Virus record (IMG/VR): IMGVR_UViG_3300017565_000002
Location: 151,804 to 215,803 of that record
Strand: one strand, 5' to 3'
DNA length: 64,000 bases
Origin: a virus
Lineage: Duplodnaviria > Caudoviricetes
Part shown: positions 57,901-64,000 of the stretch, in pieces
Position numbering within the stretch: position 1 is the stretch's first letter
Layout of the letters: the number at the start of each line of letters is the position of its first letter
Position numbers and translations under genes: made by a program
Notes under the pieces: generated by a model
Seen by the model: only the letters and a program-made list of their open reading frames with translations
Database searches by the model: none
What the model was told of the DNA's origin: nothing

Positions 57901-60900
57901 CATCAGATAAAGTCTCTCTTAGCGAATTCCTCTCCTCTTTGGCTTTCTTCTTTTCTTCTTCTTGTAGAACTGAATTAGCAAAAGTAGTCATGAACTTAAT
58001 GGGGGACGTCAGGATATACGACAACCCACGACCAATAGCATTAAACAAACGATTCAAAATGTTCTTCAATGGGTCGGTGATATGCTTCTTGACTAACTCG
58101 CCGAGTGGTGCACCAACACTCTTCTCAAATACCCGGTTGAATGCATTCTTGAAACTTTCTTTCAAGTCTGCAAATGAATCTTTGAATTTCTTACCCACAA
58201 GGCTCATTGCTTCTCTGAACGGCCCGAGAGCAGCCTCGAATGGTTTGCGTATAGATTCTTGGAACCAATCGGCGATTTGAACCTTCTTCTTCTGCCGCCA
58301 TGCTTTAAACGGTTCGAAGATTTCTGTGTTCATGAAATCTCTTACTTTTCCGAAGAGACCACCTTTACGTTTCTCTTCATCCGGGTCCATTTTACCGAAT
58401 AGGATATCTTTGAATTTCTCACTGGTTCCTGCAACTGCCAGTGTGGCACCAATCATTGCGCCCACAAGCGGACCACCAGGTGTTAAGAAACCAATAGAGC
58501 CGGATAAAGCGCCTGCTAGGGCACCTGTCATCCCCTTGGGCAAATTCTTCTTAATTTTCTCTCTGATTTCCGGGGGGATTAAACCCTTCTTGATTTCATT
58601 CCCATGCTCATCCGTTTTACCAAAGAGCATTTCTTGTGCACGTTCAGATTTTGTAGCAAATCCAATTGCCGAACCTATTGTCAACCCAAGCAATGGCCCA
58701 CCGGGAAGTATAATACTTCCGGCCATACCCAATAATCCACCAGCTGCCATATTGGGGAATATCTTTTTAAATTTATCTTTAAACTCCCGACCCAGCAAAC
58801 CTTCCTTGGTATTTCCATCCTTATCCACGCCACCGAATAGGAATTCTTGTGCACGTTCAGACTTGGCGGCATACCCAATTGCGGAACCAACGGTGAGTCC
58901 TAATAGTGGTCCACCCGGAAGTATGATACTTCCAAGCATACCAAGTAGGCCACCACCTGCCATAGACGGGAAATATTTCTTAAATCCATCCACATATTGC
59001 TTAGGGATAACACCCTTTTTACCTAACTCTTCATTACCGAAGATGTAATCCCGGAATTCCTTAGAGTGTGAAGCAAAAGCTAGAGTTGATCCAAGCATTG
59101 CACCGAGGATAGGACCACCCGGTAATACCAAACTCGCTGCCATACCTGCCACGCCACCCGCGACACCTTTAGGGAGAAAACCTTTCAACTCGGTTTTCCA
59201 CTTATTGATTGTATCCCTTGCGGCATCTGGAGACTCGCCTTCCTTGGATTGGAAAAGGCTAGACATTGAACTAGTCATTCTTTTCAGTGAATCAACTACG
59301 CTGGTTAGAAGACCTTTTCGATCTCGTTCAATTACAACGGTTCCATCTTCTTTTACAATCTCTTTCTTCTCACCAAATAGGCCAGTTTTAATATTCTCAA
59401 ATAAAGCTTTGGAGTAGGTCTTGATATAAGAGAAAACGTTATTCTCGTTTTTCTCTACTTTTGTACCATCAGATTTGGTGTAGGCACCACCAGTCAACAG
59501 GTTCCGAGTAGAGTTACCGAAATCCACAAACATATTTCCGATGTCAGAGAGTGCGCCTCCGGTGTAAAATCCTTCTGCGGTCTTTTCACCCATGAAGAAT
59601 TTCTTTACCCGACCAAATCCTCGTCCGGCGGCTTCTTTCATCTTATCAAGGAAAGGCTCAAATTGTTTCGCGAATTTTGTAAACAGCCCATCTTCGCCGA
59701 AGAAACGACTATGCATAGGGGACAGGATTGATTTATCTAACCACGTGATGGATCTATCCATTCCATCCCGCATGAAGTTGGTTATCCGTCCAAGTAGCCC
59801 CTTGAATTTAAATCCCTTCGGCTTGGATGGATCTCCATCTGAGCCTTCGCCATCGCCCTTATCTTCCTTACCGTAGATAATCCGATAGATCAGATTATCC
59901 ATACGACCAATTAGCCCAGCAAGGAGCTGACCCGGAGAGGTAATCTTCCCTTTTATCATCTTAAGTCTCTTGACCATACTCTTCTCAGAGAGCAAAGATT
60001 TCAAGAAACCTGATGATATTGTTTTTTCTTGAACTTCCCACGGTTGTTCATAGGTTGCCATAGCAGTACGTACAGCTTCAAATGGCATGGATATTAGTTC
60101 GTCCATTTTTTCATTGCTACCACCACCAAAGCCCTCTGCTATGGACTCACTCGCTTTACCCACAGCACTTGTAGTGGACGCACGAATTTGACTATCCTTA
60201 AACGATGATCTCCGTTTTAAGACATCTTTTGTTCCACTAGATTTTGAACCTTGCGTATAAACCAGAATACCATCTATAAGAATCTTCTTGATATCCTTTA
60301 GGATGGATACTGATTCATTCATGCCTCCAGCATCTTTCGCGTCCGGACCATAAAACGAGCCCAATCCACTATATGCGGCAGATAGTCCACTTTCTTGAAG
60401 CTCTCTTTCAATACTTCTAGCCGAACGGTCGCCACTGGTTCTAGCAGAGAGAATCTTCCTGGACACAGAAGTTTGGAGATGCTTCGGCATATTCATGAAA
60501 GCAGCTCTTAGTGCATTATAAACCCTAGGATCACTGAGTTTTAAACCTTTACGCGCCATTTCTTCAGGGTCAATATCAGTTAAAGGATTGAAGAACCCAT
60601 CATGATCAATAAGGAAATCGATAAAGCTTTGAAGATCCTTATTCATCTGCTTGGAGTTTCCACCCTTTACTCGCCCGAGGGATTGTCGCATTTCATACTC
60701 GACATCAAACATATCAGATCTTTGGTTATTGCGAATTCTCGTTTTATGATCATCCACCACGTTTGAACTCTTCGTAAATCTACCTGTGGAATAATCGTAT
60801 AACGCAACCTTATTAGATCCGTTTATAGCGGCCAAGATATGGGACAAGATTGTCGGGATAACCTCTGTTAATGCCTTATCGGCTCGACCGTTGTATGACA

Positions 60901-62053
60901 TTGCACCACGGTGGAAGTTGGATATATCAACTTCAGGTTTTTGATTTATATCCAAACCCAAGATAGAAGCCAATAGAGAGAACCGAGGTTTTGTTATATC
61001 ATTCTTCATACTATTCAACTTTAGAACTAAAGAAGAAAGTAGACCAGAGAATGATACATCAAATTTACCCATTGCGTCTTTCACGGATCTTGGCATTAAC
61101 CCGGTCATCATCAAACTAGCCACAAATGACAATGGGCTTTCTTTCAACTGAGCCATCGGTCCGCCACCAATGGATGACATCGTTTTCATCATACCAAGCA
61201 TAGGGAACATGTTTTCGAAGTTTTGCTTGATCTGCTTCCCGTACGCTTTTAGATCAATCGATCCATCAATACCGAATACTTCTTCGACAGCTGTCTTACG
61301 AGTAGGACGTTCTTCAATCGTACGTTTGCTGATTTCTTTAAGCTCGCGCAATTCGAGCAATACATTATCGTAAAAACTCAGTTGCTTATTCATGTGATCT
61401 ACGATTTGACTATTTTGAAACTCGACAACCGATGTTAAAAGTGTATTGGTATTATTGAGCATTGCAACTGTCTCTGTATGCATTTGTGCATACATATTAA
61501 GACTTATCGATTGCAGTTTGGTTTGTGTCTTTGCCAAGTAATCAGCGGACGCTTCGGCTGAATCTGTAATGGTTTCCATCAATGCTCGATTTCTTGCATT
61601 CGAACCCATCTCACTGACTTTAGTAGATGATTTGATTGCATTCACCGAAGCAAATGGATCTGGTTCTGTGGACGGATCTGCGAATGGATCATCATTCGAT
61701 CCATCCCCCCAATCAATTGCAAAATCATCACCCAACCCGAATCCATCCATCATAAAATCAGATTGTCGGTCGAAGTTGACGAATTTACCAGTCCTCAAAT
61801 CCTTTATTGCATTGGTCTTGATCTCCTTGACGTCTTTTAGGAATTTGTCAATCTGCTGATTGACGCCTCCACTCTTACGCCCATTTTTAGTCATAAAGTT
61901 TTTGGTATAGCTCAACCCGCTTTGTACAATTTCTCTATTCTGAGAAATTGTATTATCTAACGACGGCATTGCATCCGCAACAGCAAGTTTAGCTGTGAAT
62001 GATAAGGACTTCCCAAGATTTGAAATATAAGATCTAACATTCGATTTAGCCAT
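51950..62053 (-). CDS. Tape measure / tail-tip protein (3367 aa) with lytic transglycosylase (SLT) and peptidase M15 domains
   Basis: Long helical G/A-rich body; HASG...LHRGEMV motif; ALVEVESGYN...GWGQV...YNG (SLT); SGWRS...NHSIGMAAD...ENWHVE (M15). Confidence 0.88.
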   Translation of the reverse strand: MAKSNVRSYISNLGKSLSFTAKLAVADAMPSLDNTISQNREIVQSGLSYTKNFMTKNGRKSGGVNQQIDKFLKDVKEIKTNAIKDLRTGKFVNFDRQSDFMMDGFGLGDDFAIDWGDGSNDDPFADPSTEPDPFASVNAIKSSTKVSEMGSNARNRALMETITDSAEASADYLAKTQTKLQSISLNMYAQMHTETVAMLNNTNTLLTSVVEFQNSQIVDHMNKQLSFYDNVLLELRELKEISKRTIEERPTRKTAVEEVFGIDGSIDLKAYGKQIKQNFENMFPMLGMMKTMSSIGGGPMAQLKESPLSFVASLMMTGLMPRSVKDAMGKFDVSFSGLLSSLVLKLNSMKNDITKPRFSLLASILGLDINQKPEVDISNFHRGAMSYNGRADKALTEVIPTILSHILAAINGSNKVALYDYSTGRFTKSSNVVDDHKTRIRNNQRSDMFDVEYEMRQSLGRVKGGNSKQMNKDLQSFIDFLIDHDGFFNPLTDIDPEEMARKGLKLSDPRVYNALRAAFMNMPKHLQTSVSRKILSARTSGDRSARSIERELQESGLSAAYSGLGSFYGPDAKDAGGMNESVSILKDIKKILIDGILVYTQGSKSSGTKDVLKRRSSFKDSQIRASTTSAVGKASESIAEGFGGGSNEKMDELISMPFEAVRTAMATYEQPWEVQEKTISSGFLKSLLSEKSMVKRLKMIKGKITSPGQLLAGLIGRMDNLIYRIIYGKEDKGDGEGSDGDPSKPKGFKFKGLLGRITNFMRDGMDRSITWLDKSILSPMHSRFFGEDGLFTKFAKQFEPFLDKMKEAAGRGFGRVKKFFMGEKTAEGFYTGGALSDIGNMFVDFGNSTRNLLTGGAYTKSDGTKVEKNENNVFSYIKTYSKALFENIKTGLFGEKKEIVKEDGTVVIERDRKGLLTSVVDSLKRMTSSMSSLFQSKEGESPDAARDTINKWKTELKGFLPKGVAGGVAGMAASLVLPGGPILGAMLGSTLAFASHSKEFRDYIFGNEELGKKGVIPKQYVDGFKKYFPSMAGGGLLGMLGSIILPGGPLLGLTVGSAIGYAAKSERAQEFLFGGVDKDGNTKEGLLGREFKDKFKKIFPNMAAGGLLGMAGSIILPGGPLLGLTIGSAIGFATKSERAQEMLFGKTDEHGNEIKKGLIPPEIREKIKKNLPKGMTGALAGALSGSIGFLTPGGPLVGAMIGATLAVAGTSEKFKDILFGKMDPDEEKRKGGLFGKVRDFMNTEIFEPFKAWRQKKKVQIADWFQESIRKPFEAALGPFREAMSLVGKKFKDSFADLKESFKNAFNRVFEKSVGAPLGELVKKHITDPLKNILNRLFNAIGRGLSYILTSPIKFMTTFANSVLQEEEKKKAKEERNSLRETLSDALKNVFSSNKPKETPVEPTGKPEKKNTVKSWFTDLFNNMINANVKVDASSNSDEAKRNRKNFRQWFRNLFSDIITADVKDDGELSSKPKDEKPVDTPKAPKKPDEPIIQTPSAPKSGMDAINEVVHKPESDKKEPDATTHTTSSSSSANTGGATGHINLTKLMSHVNKIEDHLRVIRDEIKGQLNGVGWNLEYIANILTDQFGKPTMMPTEIAKRGNFRRRGLIGTIMNVITSPIRGLGKLAHMLVVEPLKKVGDVASSVVKTVGDVMINVVKLPLKIARGIFQTVRIAADGLLQGVKMVGPAIGQLLLAPFKVLNTVIHATGQAFGTLVKGFGIAITGAVRSAVDLGTSLVSMTTHAIPKVVKGLIDLSSILGSTVLKLANFAKNLVFGGLKMAGRFVGIGKVKEAEGFASAAGGIHRVEVVGGTLEKVETVEKVVKIVDCVGFVGCSEGPLSEGAKGSRFNARRRALRLVKGVPSEDEVKASGRKNGAQVATETETNEPGVTSERKVKGFWRTIGRGMRSLIRSVKHGVLARVDLIGKTVQRVDSSHAYDEATLGMAHQTAVNTTLIADGISAMGKQSSIWDKLLGGLLPLLAGLASLFTNPKKLLSRLASRLGLRTIFGLGGRIAKAIAKITGAKVVGEVAEEALEKGAKNAVKSSASGVVDIAERRAAKEAAAKLGVEVLEESGTAAAREVSDNLVKGSASNVVSLAERKAAKEAATKIGVDVLKDGEAKAIDVVKNDGSKVMTALRNFFQKVFSSAPIQKLGGPGVRNAVDKILTNIGKFAKNPSFIAKMLNGMTKGSIKVSASLATLGLAEIGFAIWNSTTALIHKGDAAFLFNVYEGNVTPKMRLVSSIMKTLLGVSYVFILELLNAVLVELTGGRYNVLLMIANAIYESISDKDAYDDLRNAQMQFEADAAAAGKSKSDWNHEKNARFEEKLWRKTKALWNDISGPASKALDALTPVGTFKAVRSATSTDRVRDALGMHDGQRVNIWDRASVLGGSLVGNMSFGLIDSKWLSKGIRDLPSDILNSAPVETVRNITAGLFNATVSMGSAVGGAMYDIGAAINHRRKETMSGIADLIVSPVRKLFTSVGKSFDELGLLFGDKWSDWVGTSFGGFIELVGDGFKFLGDEFKGAWKTHVAKPMGDLISDMKKGITNLFDFDLGKSINDAWNKTTEKTKDIGNSIADGWDRLWGGRGRGTRAKMEADSSNASDDIKSLGNRISGFIRGDTRTSHASGLDAVPYDNYPAFLHRGEMVIPADQANFLRIISGLPPVQPSNATGPVNASNQLVNSIPAAPQVDTVVRLQNNVTTTAKATTSSKPTTTSTQSSEPVDTVVRLANPTTGLTQTKVEDLLRLTPYQKKFADAPIGTNPILESLQRQKNVSSMWTKGGTLSYSMLHKDDSDEAIIREFGYALRAPQSDMTVDDIRMIKQLCVQYGLDPHLWLALVEVESGYNSKARSKKSTASGWGQVLKATGKWLFEEKLKLGVYDHDLMGTDKHINARMSIYYLASHIRTYGGNIRKALIRYNGSELGEEYANRVERNLFKNTGRMLSQVVALNGTGVNTYIDDGILTSSILYGTDTGPKSMSEFLSIVGKAYTENINERYGGTDITSMLTGASSAFSFADPFYTGEVNNNDALNKILGQGTFEGTVYNTTATDAYYTQFANQGTLDAYSGSLKQKYSGLSGKTNVHDFFADRLNRLAAAYKKTVGISSGWRSDSEQQRLINEWRAKHPGASETERRKWVADVGKGNHSIGMAADVQDWVRNLSNAQLQSYGLWKPLAHENWHVEPIETKVYGRDVSRLRSMFGLPHNPAAGFAGYIKPGYGSGSSYYTTNSMIPAAAQAPTVGNGIGESDTEAYPGGVTGAPSPTTFVERVDTMIKSLNSKATAEDSDMVTLLKIIASGIGKMVDNSDEFNELMRAYLSKRTTSSEASSPSSVAIISSPNSDRSPNPFTGGNNNRAKKVDKSRTIAEIAAGTMY
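58345..59170 (-). repeat. Four ~70-aa Gly-rich hydrophobic repeats inside the tape measure
   Basis: GG(L/V)(L/A)GMxxSxxLPGGP(L/I)LGxxxGSxxx(Y/F)Axxs(E/K)...FG repeated four times. Confidence 0.85.
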
Positions 62054-62079
62054 TTCTTCGTATACACCTCCTACGGATA

Positions 62080-62091
62080 TATGAAACTGTT
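62080..62091 (-). promoter_or_regulatory. Putative late promoter AACA-N6-TA
   Basis: AACAgtttcaTA upstream of AGGAGG and the tape measure ATG. Confidence 0.6.
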
Positions 62092-62127
62092 TTCGTGGTT
62101 TGATTAGGCGTTAGTCAAAAAAAAGAA

Positions 62128-62146
62128 GAGTGCGGGATACGCACTC
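62128..62146 (-). terminator. Intrinsic terminator
   Basis: GAGTGCG-tatcc-CGCACTC followed by TTCTTTTTTTT. Confidence 0.7.
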
Positions 62147-62159
62147 CTCCATAACTTTC

Positions 62160-62297
62160 TTATTTCTTATCTGTGGACACGCCTTGCAAAGATTCCTTTT
62201 CGGCCTTCTTCTTGGCGGCCCGACGTCCAATTAATAACCCAATAGCTGCCCCACTCAATAGTTGTGCAGCAATCATAACGTGTTTACCTGATAGCAT
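62160..62297 (-). CDS. 45-aa membrane-anchored peptide (not in ORF track)
   Basis: GAGGGAG RBS; MLSGKHVMIAAQLLSGAAIGLLIGRRAAKKKAEKESLQGVSTDKK; own early motif and terminator. Confidence 0.6.
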   Translation of the reverse strand: MLSGKHVMIAAQLLSGAAIGLLIGRRAAKKKAEKESLQGVSTDKK

Positions 62298-62340
62298 CCA
62301 AATACACTCCCTCAGTAAGTTTAGTGGTCATTCTTCTGAG

Positions 62341-62355
62341 TTATAATATATAACC
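62341..62355 (-). promoter_or_regulatory. Putative early promoter in a GTTATA-tat-TATAAC inverted repeat
   Basis: Same core motif; perfect 6-bp arms. Confidence 0.55.
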
Positions 62356-62383
62356 CGATAGGAGAGAAACGACGCTTTTGATT

Positions 62384-64000
62384 TTAATACCGATCTTTGA
62401 TATACTGAGTTACAACTGGATGAATATTTTTGATATACTTTAGGGAAGTTGGCGATCGTTTAACTGCGGCTAACTGAGCATCCTTATTGGGGTTCTGAAT
62501 GAAACGGATTGCATACCCATTTTCCGTAACTGCGGCTAACTGAGCATCCTTATTGGGGTTCTGAATGAAACGGATTGCATACCCATTTTCCGTAACTGCG
62601 GCTAACTGTATATCCTTATCAGGATTTTCAATGCATTCGATTGCATACCCATCCTCTTCAACTGCGGCTAGTTGAACATTCTTATCGGGATTCTGAATGA
62701 AACGGATTGCATACCCATTTTCCGTAACTGCGGCTAACTGTATATCCTTATCAGGATTCTTGATGTATTGAATTGCACGCCCACGTTGTGTAACAGCAGC
62801 TAACTGTACATCCTTATCAGGATTTTCAATATATTCAATTGCATATCCGTTTTGTGTAACAGCAGCTAACTGTATATCCTTATCGGGGTTCTTGATGTAA
62901 TAAATTGCATACCAACGTTGTCTAACCGCGGCTAGTTGAATCTCCTTATCAGGATTTTCAATATATTCGATTGCATATCCGTTTTGTGTAACAGCAGCTA
63001 ATTGGACCTCTTTACTGGGATTTTCGATATATTTAATTACATATCCATTTTCCGTAACCGCGGCTAATTGTACATCTCTATCAGGATTCTTGATGTATCT
63101 GATTGCAAACCCATCCTCTTTAACGGCAGCTAGTTGAATCTCCTTATCCGGATTATCAATGTATCTGATTGCAAACCCACCCTCTCTAACGGCGGCTAGT
63201 TGAATCTCCTTATCCGGATTTTCAATATATTGAATTGCGTATCCATCTTGTGTAACAGCGGCTAATTGAATATCTTTATCTGGGGTTTGAATGAATTGGA
63301 TTGCACAACCCTCCACCGTCACCGCGGCTAACTGAACATCCTTATCCGGATTCTTGATATAATCAATTGCATATCCATTTTCCGTAACCGCGGCTAGTCG
63401 AATCTCTCTATCAGGGGTTTCAATGAATTGAATTGTACGCCCACAGTATTTAACAGCAGCTAACTGTACATCTTTATCGGGGTTCTTGATGTATTGAATT
63501 GCATATCCATTTTGTTGAACGGCAGCTAACTGTATCTCTTTGTCGGGATTCTGAATGTGTACGACTATATGCCCGTTTTGTTTAACAGCGGCTAATTGTA
63601 CATCCCTATCGGGGGTTTTGATGTATTTAATTGCACGCCCACGTTGTGTAACAGCAGCTAACTGTACATCTTTACTTGGATTTTCGATATATTGAATTGC
63701 ATATCCATCCTCTTCAACAGCAGCTAACTGTACATCTTTATCGGGGTTCTTGATGTATTGAATTGAATGCCCATTTTGTGTAACGGCAGCTAGTTGAATC
63801 TCCTTATCAGGATTCTTGATGTATTTGATTGCAAACCCATCCTCTTTAACGGCGGTTAGTTGAATCTCCTTATCCGCATTTTCAATATATTCAATTGCAC
63901 GCCCATCCTCTTTAACCGCGGCTAACTGTATATCCTTATCAGGGTTCTTGATGTAGCCGATTGCATGTCCAGTCTTCTGAACAGCAGCTAACTGTACATC
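62384..64000 (-). CDS. 22-aa tandem-repeat solenoid protein (DUF4116-like), 5'-truncated, at least 538 aa
   Basis: The frame is open from 64000 to the stop at 62384; unit AIxYIxNPDKxxQLAAVxxxGx. Confidence 0.85.
   Translation of the reverse strand, partial: DVQLAAVQKTGHAIGYIKNPDKDIQLAAVKEDGRAIEYIENADKEIQLTAVKEDGFAIKYIKNPDKEIQLAAVTQNGHSIQYIKNPDKDVQLAAVEEDGYAIQYIENPSKDVQLAAVTQRGRAIKYIKTPDRDVQLAAVKQNGHIVVHIQNPDKEIQLAAVQQNGYAIQYIKNPDKDVQLAAVKYCGRTIQFIETPDREIRLAAVTENGYAIDYIKNPDKDVQLAAVTVEGCAIQFIQTPDKDIQLAAVTQDGYAIQYIENPDKEIQLAAVREGGFAIRYIDNPDKEIQLAAVKEDGFAIRYIKNPDRDVQLAAVTENGYVIKYIENPSKEVQLAAVTQNGYAIEYIENPDKEIQLAAVRQRWYAIYYIKNPDKDIQLAAVTQNGYAIEYIENPDKDVQLAAVTQRGRAIQYIKNPDKDIQLAAVTENGYAIRFIQNPDKNVQLAAVEEDGYAIECIENPDKDIQLAAVTENGYAIRFIQNPNKDAQLAAVTENGYAIRFIQNPNKDAQLAAVKRSPTSLKYIKNIHPVVTQYIKDRY
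62395..64000 (-). repeat. 66-bp coding tandem repeat, about 24 units
   Basis: 62461-62526 is duplicated exactly at 62527-62592; the other units are mosaics. Confidence 0.9.

Noticed and set aside
54246-59048. Several 170-264 aa plus-strand ORFs
   Set aside because: Antisense shadows of the tape measure gene.
62384-63322. Tracked GTG start at 63322
   Set aside because: The frame stays open with the same repeats to the window edge, so the true start is outside.
62395-64000. 66-bp repeats as a CRISPR array
   Set aside because: They are contiguous in-frame coding repeats without unique spacers, and no cas genes are nearby.
1-64000. Stop-codon reassignment
   Set aside because: Standard code gives dense, long ORFs (up to 3367 aa), and TAA, TAG and TGA all end genes; the two minigene cases use different stops.
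1-64000. tRNA, rRNA, integrase, or phage nucleus (ChmA/PhuZ) genes
   Set aside because: None recognised by eye. A tRNAscan-SE or HMM run would be needed to exclude them, and absence from this window says nothing about the rest of the genome.

Overview
This is a 64-kb slice of a jumbo myophage genome of the phiKZ/AR9(PBS1)-like type, not a cellular chromosome. The host is probably a Firmicute (AAGGAGG Shine-Dalgarno sites, SH3b and YpsA domains). The window holds a split multisubunit RNA polymerase beta-prime fragment with the catalytic DFDGD loop. Morphogenesis genes include neck, baseplate (gp25-, gp26/51-, gp6-, hub- and tube-initiator-like) and a 3367-aa tape-measure protein with SLT and M15 peptidoglycan hydrolase domains. 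A ~14-kb minus-strand array encodes paralogous, probably protease-processed internal head proteins, with three enzymes embedded in it (ParB/Srx-like, permuted papain, nucleoside deoxyribosyltransferase-like). An accessory block carries a DEDDh exonuclease, a membrane-anchored dTMP kinase, RusA, DUF4326, NADAR-like and QueC-like genes plus orphans. The right edge is a truncated 22-aa tandem-repeat gene. Two promoter classes can be read from the DNA: late RACA-N6-TA/G and early TATATATYAT, the latter often inside a short inverted repeat. The best leads are (1) a shared N-terminal MF.../RIQxIRE|G leader that seems to tag both structural proteins and enzymes for capsid loading, (2) a candidate -1 frameshift in the tail chaperone, (3) early micro-operons of tiny peptides, (4) an ORF-free purine-rich segment behind a late promoter, and (5) the variable repeat solenoid. 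Family assignments come from motif recognition by eye; no database searches were run.
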